A DNA stretch of 64,000 bases from an uncultured Chloroflexia bacterium (lineage in GTDB: Bacteria; Chloroflexota; Limnocylindria; Limnocylindrales; CSP1-4): contig CAVXPZ010000004.1 in assembly GCA_963763775.1 (NCBI GenBank), forward strand, positions 160,001-224,000, written 5' to 3'. Shown here in pieces: positions 41,885-50,915 of the stretch. Below the pieces are notes generated by a model. That model was not told the origin of the DNA. It did no database searches and saw only the letters and a list, made by a program, of their open reading frames with translations. Numbering within the stretch: the stretch's first letter is position 1; each line of letters starts with the position of its first letter. Position numbers and translations under genes: made by a program.

Positions 41885-43218
41885 GTCGACGCCCCGGCGG
41901 AGGCCGGCAGCCCAAGGACGGCCCCGTCGGCGCGGAGGTGCGAGAGCAGCCTGTCCACCGGGACCGCCCGCACGTCCTCGCCGGCCGTCGCGGCGAGCGC
42001 GGCGGCGGTGCCGGCGGCCTGGCCCATCGCCATGCACTGCGCCATCGACCGGATCGCGGCATGCGCCTCATGGGTCGCCGAGAAGCAGCGGCCGGCGACG
42101 AGTGCGTTCGTGCCGTCGCGGACGACCAACGACCGCCACGGGATGCCGACTGCGCTGCCGTCGGCGAGGTAGCGCCACGTCGTCCCGTCGCCGGCGCCGC
42201 CATGGTGGTCCTCGATCGGCGCCCCGCACAGGCCGATCTGGTCGTCGAACTGGCGGGCGGCCAGGACGTCGTCGCCGGTCACCCGGTAGTCCCCATGGAC
42301 CCGGCGGGTCTCGCGGACGCCGACGCGGGTCCCGAGCGATACGAGGGCGGCCCGTTCGTAGCCCGGCACACGGTCGACGAGGAACCGCGCGTACTCGAGG
42401 GCCTGTCGACGGCCGGCGATCTCCAACTCGGTCAGGACGTCGGGGTCCGACGCGTTGCGGACCCGGCCCGCATCGTCGCGGCGGACCTGGTCCAGCCGGG
42501 TCATGATCGTGGCGGTCACGCCGTCGATGGGGGTGAGGTGATCGCTGCCCTCTCGCCGCGGCAGGTCGTACCCATCAGCGGCGGCCTCGGCCATCAGCTC
42601 GTGGAGTCGGGTCTTGTCCACGGTCCGGCGGGCCTCGGCGTCGACGTTGGCCATGCGGAACGTCGCCGTCGCGGTCTGGGCGGGCGCGTCCGCCCCGGCG
42701 AGCTCGTACCCGAACCCGGCGAGATGGCAGAGGTCGGCGTCTCCCGACGCATCGATGAACACCGCACCCCGCACCGTCCGGAGGCCACCGCGGGTCGCGA
42801 CCACGACCTCCTCGACCCGGCCGTCCCGAACGCGGGCGTCGACGACCACCGCGTGCAGCAGGATCCGGGCGCCGGCGGCCTGGACGAGCCGCTCCCACAC
42901 CACCTTGAGGTGCTCCGCGACGTAGGTCACCCCGGTCCCGGCCCCATACGTGTTCGGCCGCTCGATGACCGGGCCGAGGGCACGAAGCCCGTCGACGACC
43001 TCGTCGGCGATCCCGCCCACGACCTTCCGCGACCGCGATCCCGGTGTGTAGAACCCGTAGAAGGTGTCCAGCACGGCCGTCGACGTGCCTCCCAGGAACG
43101 GCAACGCCTCGATCAGCAGGGTCCGCGCTCCGCCACGGGCCGCCGCGATGGCGGCGGCCGAACCGGCCGACCCGCTCCCGACGACGACGACGTCGAAGGC
43201 GCCGTAGGCCTCGGTCAA
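41881..43218 (-). CDS. FAD-dependent oxidoreductase (FAD_oxidored / IbeA-like family)
   Basis: DVVVVGSGSAG, LGGTST, FIDASGDADL, GVRETRR, LVAGRCFS, AMGQAAG. Confidence 0.88.
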   Translation of the reverse strand: MTEAYGAFDVVVVGSGSAGSAAAIAAARGGARTLLIEALPFLGGTSTAVLDTFYGFYTPGSRSRKVVGGIADEVVDGLRALGPVIERPNTYGAGTGVTYVAEHLKVVWERLVQAAGARILLHAVVVDARVRDGRVEEVVVATRGGLRTVRGAVFIDASGDADLCHLAGFGYELAGADAPAQTATATFRMANVDAEARRTVDKTRLHELMAEAAADGYDLPRREGSDHLTPIDGVTATIMTRLDQVRRDDAGRVRNASDPDVLTELEIAGRRQALEYARFLVDRVPGYERAALVSLGTRVGVRETRRVHGDYRVTGDDVLAARQFDDQIGLCGAPIEDHHGGAGDGTTWRYLADGSAVGIPWRSLVVRDGTNALVAGRCFSATHEAHAAIRSMAQCMAMGQAAGTAAALAATAGEDVRAVPVDRLLSHLRADGAVLGLPASAGAST

Positions 43219-44499
43219 CTCGCGCGCCCCAGGCCCAGGTCCGGCGCCATCGTCGGGTCGCCCGCGCCGATCCAGCGGCCGATCGACTCACGGGCGAAGA
43301 TCTGGTCGCCGACCATCGACGAGGCCCCGATGACGCCGGCGAGCCCGCCCAGCGACGAGCGCTGGATGAGCAGCTCTCGCGTCGCGAGCGGCAGGGACCG
43401 CCGATACACGGATTCGCGGATGGAGGCCAGGAACAGGTCCGGGCTGCTCGCGACCCCGCCACCGATGACGATCAGGGATGGGTTGAAGAAGTTGACCACG
43501 CTGGCGAGCATCGAGCCGATGCGCCGGCCGGCGGCGGCGATCAGGGCCACGGCCACTGCGTCACCGAAGGAGGCCGCGCGGGCGACGTCCTGGGCGGACA
43601 CGGCGCCGTACTGGTCGTACGCGAGGCGCAAGCGCGGCGAGCGTCCGTCCAGCGCCGCCGCCTCGCCGTCGCGCGCCAGTGCCGCCCCGCCCGCGAGCGA
43701 CTCAAGGCAGCCGACGTTCCCGCAACGGCAGAGGACCGCGGGGTCGTCGACGACCTGGATGTGCCCGACGTCACCGGCGCTGCCCTGGGCACCGCGATGC
43801 AGGTGGCCGTCGGAGATGATCCCGGCGCCGATGCCGGTCCCCACCTTGACGAAGACGACGTTGTCGTGGCCGGCCGCGATGCCCGACCGCCACTCCCCCA
43901 GCGCCAGGACGTTCACGTCGTTGTCGATCCAGACCGGGAGCGCCGTAGCGCTCGACGAACCGCTCACGGATCGGATAGCCATCCCAGCCGGGCATGATCG
44001 GCGGCGAGATCGGCCGACCGGACTCGAACTCGACGGGTCCCGGGACACCGATCCCGATCCCCCACAGCCGACCCGGGACGCCCTGGGTCGTCCGGAGCAG
44101 CGACTCGAAGAGGAGGTCGACCCGGTCGAGGCACGCTTCCGGTCCGGCCTCGATCCTGGCCGGCTCGTCGTGGTGGCCGAGGATGCGCCCGTCCAGGCTG
44201 GTGACCGCCACGTCGATGCTGGTCGCGCCGAGGTCCGCCACGAGGACGTGGCCGGCGTCCGCGTGGAACGAGAGCTGACGCGGTGGCCGTCCGCCCGTGC
44301 TCGGGCCGAAGTCGCCCTCGGTGACCAGGCCGCGGTCCACGAGCTCGCCGACCCGCTGGGCCACGATGGCCCGACCGAGGCCGGTCCGCGCGACAAGGTC
44401 GGAGCGCGACCGCGACCGCCCGAGGCGGATCTCGTCGAGCACGGTCACGAGCGCGTCGAGGGCCTCGTCCGCGAGCGGCGCGTGCAGGTGAGGCTCCAT
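43215..44499 (-). CDS. ROK family transcriptional regulator; frameshift near 43937
   Basis: N-terminal HTH SRSDLVARTGL, STGGRP, DLGAT, DNDVN, GTGIGAG, GDVGH, CRCGNVGCLE. Confidence 0.9.
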
Positions 44500-44540
44500 G
44501 GCGGCGCCATCATACGCTCCCTTCGTCCGCTCGACGGGTG

Positions 44541-44565
44541 ACTTTTGCACTTGACAGTTCAAAGT
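44541..44565. promoter_or_regulatory. ROK-type operator candidate ACTTT-N15-AAAGT containing TTGACA
   Basis: ACTTTTGCACTTGACAGTTCAAAGT is an AT-rich island between the divergent genes. Confidence 0.55.
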
Positions 44566-44659
44566 ATCATCAGCATGAGCGCGTCCCCGACCGGCGACCT
44601 GATCGTGTCCGGCCCGTCCCGATGGCCGACACCGAAGCGAGACCGCGCGGCCGCCAGTG

Positions 44660-44676
44660 TAAGATGTCTAGACAGG
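44660..44676. promoter_or_regulatory. Palindromic TGTCTAGACA operator overlapping TAAGAT -10
   Basis: Perfect palindrome at 44665-44674 matching the 28931 site. Confidence 0.65.
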
Positions 44677-44704
44677 TTCGGCCACAGGAGATGGTGAGCT
44701 GTAC

Positions 44705-45889
44705 ATGACGCGAGGGTTCGCCGACATCGGAGCCGCGGTCATCGGAACCGGCTTCATCGGCACGGTCCACGTGCAGGCACTCCGCCGCATCGGTGTCCAG
44801 GTCCGAGGCGTCCTCGGCAGCACGGCCGAGCGCGGCGCGATCCGGGCCGAGGCCCTCGGCGTGCCGCGGGCCTACACGTCGCTCGCCGACCTCCTGGACG
44901 ACCCGGGCGTCGAGGTCGTGCACGTGACCTCGCCCAACGACCTGCACGTCGAGCAATCGCTGGCCATCCTGGCGGCGGGCCGGCACGTCGTGTGCGAGAA
45001 GCCGCTGGCGATGACCGCCGGCGGGTCTGCCGAGTTGGTGGCCGCCGCCGAGGCGACCGGACTCGTGAACGCGGTCAACTTCAACATCCGCCACTACCCG
45101 CTCAACCAGCATGCCCACGAGGTCGTGGCGGCTGGGACGATCGGGGATGTCCGGCTGGTCACGGGCCGCTATTTCCAGGACTGGCTCCTCCTCCCCAGTG
45201 ACTGGAATTGGCGGCTCCGACCAGACCGGGGCGGCACGCTCCGCGCCGTCGGCGACATCGGCTCGCACTGGCTGGACCTCATGACGTTCGTGACGGGGCA
45301 GCGGATCGTCGCGGTCATGGCGGACCTCGCGACGTTCATCCCCGTGCGCGAGGAGCCCACGGGGCCGGTCGAGACCTTCTCCACGGAACGGACCACGGCC
45401 ACGACGCCCCGGGCGATCCAGACCGAGGATGCCGCCACCATCCTCCTGCGCTTCGAGAACGGTGCGCGCGGCGCGCTGAGCGTCTCGCAGATCAGCCCGG
45501 GCCGGAAGAACTCGCTCGTCTGGGAGGTCGACGGCTCCGACGGCGCCCTCGCCTGGGACTCGGAGAACCCGGATCAGATCTGGCAGGGGCACCGCGAGCG
45601 GCCGAACGAGATCCTGATCAAGGACCCGTCGCTGATGGGCGACGCCGGGCGCACCACGGCGGCCCTCCCGGGCGGCCACGTCGAAGGGTTCGCGGACACG
45701 TTCGCGGCGTTGTTCCGGGCGATCCACACCGACGTCGCCCGCGGCGGGCCGTCGGCGCGACCCGCCTACCCCACGTTCGCCGACGGCCACGACGAGATGC
45801 TCGTCAACGACGCCATCGCCGAGAGCGCCCGCACGGCCCGCTGGGTGGACGTGGCCCGCGCCCCGGCCGACATCGTGGCCGTCCGATGA
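44705..45889 (+). CDS. Gfo/Idh/MocA family oxidoreductase
   Basis: IGTGFIG, TSPNDLH, CEKPLA, YFQDWL, WNWRL, DIGSHWLD, TEDAA. Confidence 0.92.
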   Translation: MTRGFADIGAAVIGTGFIGTVHVQALRRIGVQVRGVLGSTAERGAIRAEALGVPRAYTSLADLLDDPGVEVVHVTSPNDLHVEQSLAILAAGRHVVCEKPLAMTAGGSAELVAAAEATGLVNAVNFNIRHYPLNQHAHEVVAAGTIGDVRLVTGRYFQDWLLLPSDWNWRLRPDRGGTLRAVGDIGSHWLDLMTFVTGQRIVAVMADLATFIPVREEPTGPVETFSTERTTATTPRAIQTEDAATILLRFENGARGALSVSQISPGRKNSLVWEVDGSDGALAWDSENPDQIWQGHRERPNEILIKDPSLMGDAGRTTAALPGGHVEGFADTFAALFRAIHTDVARGGPSARPAYPTFADGHDEMLVNDAIAESARTARWVDVARAPADIVAVR

Positions 45890-45928
45890 CCCGATCATCC
45901 CTGCCCGCCTGAGACCGGAGGTCGATCG

Positions 45929-46945
45929 ATGCAGCTGGGCCTGCTGACCGCGCCGTTCCCCGAGACCCCCCTGATGGAGGTCGCGGACTGGACCGCCGCC
46001 AACGGCTTCGAGAGCCTCGAGATCGCGTGCTGGCCGCGCACGACCGGCCCGACCCGCCGCTATGCCGGCACGAGCCACATCGACGTCGCGAACCTGACGG
46101 CGAGCCAGGGCCGGGAGATCGTCGAGGAGATCGCGGGCAAGGGCCTGGCCATCTCCGGCCTCGGCTACTACCCGAACCCGCTCCATCCCGACCTCGAGCA
46201 CCGGGCGATGGTCATCGACCATCTCCAGGCGGTCATCCGGGCGGCCGAGGGGATGGGTATCGGGCTCGTCAACACGTTCATGGGCGGCGATGCCGCCAAG
46301 CATGTCGACGACAACTGGGCGGTCGCCCTCGAAGTCTGGCCGGACATCGTCCGCTACGCGCAGGACCACGGGGTCAAGCTGACCATCGAGAACTGCCCGA
46401 TGCTCTTCAGCTACGACGAGTGGCCTGGCGGGAACAACATCGCGTCGTCGCCGTACATCTGGCGACGGATCATCGAACAGTGGGGCGGGACCGTCGGGAT
46501 CAACTTCGACCCGTCGCATCTCGTCCTCACGATGATCGACATGGGCCGGTTCCTGCGCGAGTTCGCGCCGCACATCCTCCACGTCCAGGCGAAGGACCTG
46601 ATGATCGACCGCGACGGGCTCTACGAGCGCGGGATCCTCTCGGCCGGGATCGGCTGGCAGGTGCCACGCATCCCGGGACTCGGCGAGGTCGACTGGCGCG
46701 TCATGTTCTCCGAGCTCTACCGGGGCGGGTATGACGGCCACATCATCATCGAGCACGAGGACCGCGTCTTCGAAGGCACCGACGAGCGCGTGAAACGCGG
46801 CTTCCTCGTCGCCCGCGACGTCCTGCGGCCGTACATCAAGATGACGCCGCCGATGACTCGACTTCCCCACCCGAGCGTCGGTCTCGGCGCCGACCGCTTG
46901 CCACGCTCATCCCGTCGATGCCGATCGCGCGCACGCAGGAGGTGA
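45929..46945 (+). CDS. Sugar phosphate isomerase/epimerase (AP-endonuclease-2 TIM barrel); true stop probably near 46845
   Basis: LEIACWP, YPNPL, IENCPM, NFDPSH, HVQAKD, PGLGEVDW, IEHED. The tail after RPYIK looks like read-through. Confidence 0.88.
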   Translation: MQLGLLTAPFPETPLMEVADWTAANGFESLEIACWPRTTGPTRRYAGTSHIDVANLTASQGREIVEEIAGKGLAISGLGYYPNPLHPDLEHRAMVIDHLQAVIRAAEGMGIGLVNTFMGGDAAKHVDDNWAVALEVWPDIVRYAQDHGVKLTIENCPMLFSYDEWPGGNNIASSPYIWRRIIEQWGGTVGINFDPSHLVLTMIDMGRFLREFAPHILHVQAKDLMIDRDGLYERGILSAGIGWQVPRIPGLGEVDWRVMFSELYRGGYDGHIIIEHEDRVFEGTDERVKRGFLVARDVLRPYIKMTPPMTRLPHPSVGLGADRLPRSSRRCRSRARRR

Positions 46946-47054
46946 CCCCGACATAATGCGAAGGCACACACCCCGGGGAGAGGGGGCCGTGTTCAACCGA
47001 GCGCACAGCTCGCCGGCGACGCCGACGAGTGCGCCATTCTTCGAGGAGGAGCAC

Positions 47055-48248
47055 ATGACAGGACAGGGCACGACCCGGGCCAGATGGCTCGTGGGTCTCG
47101 TGGCCGTCGCGACGATCGCCGTCGCATGCACGAGCAGCGGGTCGTCCGCTGCGCCGAGCGCGGCAGCGCCGAGCGCCGCGGCGCCGAGCGCGGCAGCGCC
47201 GAGCGCCGCGGCATCCGCGGCGGCGCCGAGCGCGGCCGCCAAGATGTACAAGATCGGGTTCTCGAACACCGGCGGGACCGGCAACGGCTTCCGCGAGGAG
47301 CAGAACTGCACCGCGAAGGCCGAGGCCCTCTCGTCGGGCGAGGTCTCGCAGATCACCGTGACCACGCATGACACGGACTCAGCCGGCCAGCTCCAGGACC
47401 TTCGCGACCTGATCGCGAAGGGCGTGGACGCCCTGGTCTTCAACCCGAGCTCGCCCGATGCGCTGAACCCGGCGCTCGCCGAGGCCAAGGCCGCGGGGAT
47501 CAAGACCGTCGCGGTCGACGCGTACGTCACCGACCCCGACACCTACAACCTGTACAACAACCAGATCAACTACGCGTACCTCGGCGCCAAGTGGCTGTTC
47601 GAACAGCTCAAGGGCACCGGGAACGTCTACTACATGCGCGGCATCGCCGGGCATCCGGCCGATAGCGACCGCGACATCGGGTTCAAGAAGGCCCTCGCCG
47701 AGTACCCGAACATCAAGGTCGTCCCGAACGCGGACGGCGTCGCCACCGGATGGGATCCGGCTGTGGCCACGAAGCTGGCCAACGAGTTCATCTCGAGCGG
47801 CCAGTACGACAAGATCCAGGGCATCTGGACCTCCGGCATCGATTCCGAGGTCGTGGACGCCATCAAGGCCGCGGGCAAGAAGTTCGTGCCGATCGTCGGG
47901 ACGGACCGCGGCTCGTTCACCAAGCAGCTCCTTGACGCGACGAACTATCCCGGCCTGCAGGGTGCGGCCGTGACCAACACCGCCGCCGTCGGTGGTGCTG
48001 GCGTCGCCCTGGCACTGAAGCTCCTGAACGGCGAGACGGTGACGACGGATCCGTCGGCCACCCAGCCGAACACCGTCCTCCTGACCCCGGTCATCGCCGA
48101 CAACCTCACGGACGCCGGCAAGGCCACCCTGGACTCCTGGCAGTCGGTCAAGGGGCTCACGCCCACCTGGCCGCTCGGCCTCGAGATCCCGGACTGGACC
48201 ACGTACACCCCGGATCAGGCCGTCGCCTGCAAGGGCCCGGGCGAGTAA
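47055..48248 (+). CDS. Monosaccharide-type ABC substrate-binding lipoprotein
   Basis: RBS GAGGAGG, lipobox AVAC, PSAAA repeats, type-1 periplasmic binding fold motifs. Confidence 0.88.
   Translation: MTGQGTTRARWLVGLVAVATIAVACTSSGSSAAPSAAAPSAAAPSAAAPSAAASAAAPSAAAKMYKIGFSNTGGTGNGFREEQNCTAKAEALSSGEVSQITVTTHDTDSAGQLQDLRDLIAKGVDALVFNPSSPDALNPALAEAKAAGIKTVAVDAYVTDPDTYNLYNNQINYAYLGAKWLFEQLKGTGNVYYMRGIAGHPADSDRDIGFKKALAEYPNIKVVPNADGVATGWDPAVATKLANEFISSGQYDKIQGIWTSGIDSEVVDAIKAAGKKFVPIVGTDRGSFTKQLLDATNYPGLQGAAVTNTAAVGGAGVALALKLLNGETVTTDPSATQPNTVLLTPVIADNLTDAGKATLDSWQSVKGLTPTWPLGLEIPDWTTYTPDQAVACKGPGE
47143..47240 (+). repeat. 15-bp tandem repeat encoding (PSAAA)n linker
   Basis: Repeated GCGCCGAGCGC.GC units; SAAPSAAAPSAAAPSAAAPSAAASAAAPSAAA. 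Confidence 0.85.
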
Positions 48249-48276
48249 CCCTCCCCCAGCCTTCGTCGCAACGACA

Positions 48277-48309
48277 ACGGGAGATGCCGGCTCGTCCGGC
48301 ATCTCCCGT
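48277..48309. terminator. Hairpin downstream of SBP gene
   Basis: ACGGGAGATGCCGG-CTCGT-CCGGCATCTCCCGT. Confidence 0.55.
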
Positions 48310-48324
48310 CACTATCGGAGACCG

Positions 48325-49914
48325 ATGACCGCGATCGCCACCGACCTCCTGCTCGAGGCGACCGACATCTCGAAGACCTATGGCGCCGTGGTCGCCCTGC
48401 GATCGGCGTCCCTGGCCGTGCGGCCGGGTGAGGTCCACGCGCTCATGGGCGCCAACGGCGCCGGCAAGAGCACCCTCGTCAAGATCCTGACCGGCGCCGT
48501 CTCGCCCGATGGCGGCACGATCGCGGTCCGGGGTCACGCGCGCACCGTCCATTCGCCCCGCGACGCGCGCCGCGGCGGCATCGTCTCGGTCTACCAGGAA
48601 CCGGCACTCATCCCCGACCTGGACATCCGGTCGAACCTGCGCCTGACCGAGACGCCCATCGAGCCCTTCCGCCACTGGCTGCGGGAGCTCGGGCTCGTCG
48701 ACCTCGACCTGTCGAGCCTGGCGCGGCGCGTGCCGCTGGCCTCGCTCCGGATCATCGACCTCGCCCGCGCCCTCGCCATCGAGCCGGACATCCTGATGCT
48801 CGACGAGATGACGGCCGCCCTGCCCGCCGACCTCACGGAACGGGTGCTGGAGGTCATCGGCGGCCGGCGGGGCGGGGACCACTCCGTCATCTTCATCTCG
48901 CACCGCATGATCGAGATCGCGGCGGTCTGCGATCGCGCGACCGTCCTCCGCGAGGGGGTGACCGTCGGCGTGGTCGACGTCGCCCCGGGCTCCGAGGAGA
49001 AGATCGTCGAGCTCATGCTCGGGCAGGTCGCGTCGGAGGTGCCCGCGGCGGCAGACCGCGAGTCCGAAGCGGAGAGGCCAGAAGACGCCGTCCCGCGCCT
49101 CACGGCGCGCGATCTCAGCGCCGGCCACAACCTGACCGACGTGTCCTTCGACCTCTACCCCGGCGAGGTCCTCGGCGTCGTCGCGCTCGAGGGCCAGGGG
49201 CAGGACGAGCTGTTCGACATCCTGGCCGGCTCCGTGCGGCCCAGCTCCGGTGAATTGCTCGTCGACGGCTCGGCGGTCTCCTTCCGGCACCCGGCCGATG
49301 CCATCCGCGCCGGCCTGGTGTACGTGCCGGCCGACCGCGCCGAGGCGTTGCTGATGCAGCGGTCCGTCCGCGAGAACATCGCCCTCCCGTATGCCGCTCG
49401 ACTGCGCCGGTGGGGCCTCATCAACGCGGGCCAGGAACGCAAGAGGGTCGACAGCGGGATCGCGACCCTTCAGATCGACACGCGCGCTCAGGGCGAAGTC
49501 CGGCGCCTGTCTGGCGGGAACCAGCAGAAGGTGACCATCGCCCGATGGGTGGCCGGAGGGGTGCGCACGATGTTGTGCTTCGACCCCACCCGCGGCATCG
49601 ACATCCGGACCAAGCAGCAGATCTATCTCCTCCTGCGTGAGCTGGCCCAGGCTGGCGCCGCGGTCCTGCTGTACACCTCGGAGCTCAAGGAGGTCCAGCT
49701 CGCCTGCGACCGGGCGATCGTGATCTTCGGCGGGCGTGTGGTCGCCGAGATCCCCGTCAACGAGGCCGATGAGCCGACGCTCCTGCGCGCTGCGTACAAC
49801 CTGCGATCCGGCGCGTTGATGCCTGAGGAGGTCGTCGCCGAGGCCATCTCGTCCGGCGAGCTCGCCCGGACGGACGGGCCGGCGTCGGCGCCTCCGCCGG
49901 AGGTCGACCGATGA
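48325..49914 (+). CDS. Sugar ABC transporter ATP-binding protein (two NBDs)
   Basis: GANGAGKST, MLDEMTAAL, LSGGNQQKV, FDPTRGID. Confidence 0.92.
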   Translation: MTAIATDLLLEATDISKTYGAVVALRSASLAVRPGEVHALMGANGAGKSTLVKILTGAVSPDGGTIAVRGHARTVHSPRDARRGGIVSVYQEPALIPDLDIRSNLRLTETPIEPFRHWLRELGLVDLDLSSLARRVPLASLRIIDLARALAIEPDILMLDEMTAALPADLTERVLEVIGGRRGGDHSVIFISHRMIEIAAVCDRATVLREGVTVGVVDVAPGSEEKIVELMLGQVASEVPAAADRESEAERPEDAVPRLTARDLSAGHNLTDVSFDLYPGEVLGVVALEGQGQDELFDILAGSVRPSSGELLVDGSAVSFRHPADAIRAGLVYVPADRAEALLMQRSVRENIALPYAARLRRWGLINAGQERKRVDSGIATLQIDTRAQGEVRRLSGGNQQKVTIARWVAGGVRTMLCFDPTRGIDIRTKQQIYLLLRELAQAGAAVLLYTSELKEVQLACDRAIVIFGGRVVAEIPVNEADEPTLLRAAYNLRSGALMPEEVVAEAISSGELARTDGPASAPPPEVDR

Positions 49915-50915
49915 GCGCCGCGGCCCCCCCGCTCGATGCCACGCGAGCCCGGCCGGGCGACGCGATCGCGAGCTGGGCGCGGCGCAACGCCTGGACCCTG
50001 GGACTGGTGGTGTTCCTCGTCCTGCTGCTGATCTTCACCAAGCTCATCCAGCCGTCCTACGGCGTCACCGGCGTGCAAGGCCTCGCGATCTCGGTGCTGC
50101 CGCTCGCCCTGGCCGCCGTGGCCCAGGCGATCGTCGTCATCTCGGGCGGGATCGACCTCTCGATCGGGTCGATGATGGCCCTGACCAGCGTGGTCGCCGC
50201 GGTCCTCATGAAGGGCCAGCCCGAGGGCTTCGGTCTGGTCGTCGTCCTGCTCGTGCTGCTCCTCGGCCTGGCCCTCGGCGGGATCAACGGCAGCCTCGTG
50301 GTCGCGACACGCGTCCCGGACATCGTCGTGACCCTGGCCATGGGCTTCGTGTGGGCCGGGTTCGCGCTGCTCGTCCTGAACACGCCAGGCGGCGGCTCGG
50401 CGCAGTGGCTCAAGGACCTCGTGAAGGGGTCGCTCGGCAACGAGTGGGTCCCGAAGGCCGCCATCGTGCTGCTGGTGGTCGTGGCCGTCATCTGGATCCC
50501 GCTCCGTCGCTCGACGCTCGGCCTGTCCATCTACGCCATCGGGAGCAACCGCCTGGCAGCCTTCCGCAGCGGCGTGCCGGTCGGTCGGACGAAGGTCGCC
50601 GCCTACACCCTGACCGGGCTGTTCTCCGCGCTGGCCGGGCTGAGCCTGACCGCGAGCACGGGGATCGGGACACCGGTCCCCGGCCCGTACACCCTGCTGA
50701 GCGTGGCCGCCGTGGTCCTCGGCGGCGTCAGCCTCGCGGGCGGCCGGGGCGGCGTCTTCGGCCCGATCGTCGGCGTCCTGATCCTGTCCCTCATCCGCTC
50801 CGACATGACCTTCCTGAGCCTCGACACGAACCTCGCCGTGGTGATCCAGGGGATCATCCTCATCGTGGTGGTCATGGTCGGCAGCCTCATCCAGCTGCGC
50901 TGGCGGCGGGCATGA
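49911..50915 (+). CDS. Sugar ABC transporter permease (RbsC-like)
   Basis: SGGIDLS, IYAIGSN, VVLGGVSLAGGRG. Confidence 0.9.
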   Translation: MSAAAPPLDATRARPGDAIASWARRNAWTLGLVVFLVLLLIFTKLIQPSYGVTGVQGLAISVLPLALAAVAQAIVVISGGIDLSIGSMMALTSVVAAVLMKGQPEGFGLVVVLLVLLLGLALGGINGSLVVATRVPDIVVTLAMGFVWAGFALLVLNTPGGGSAQWLKDLVKGSLGNEWVPKAAIVLLVVVAVIWIPLRRSTLGLSIYAIGSNRLAAFRSGVPVGRTKVAAYTLTGLFSALAGLSLTASTGIGTPVPGPYTLLSVAAVVLGGVSLAGGRGGVFGPIVGVLILSLIRSDMTFLSLDTNLAVVIQGIILIVVVMVGSLIQLRWRRA

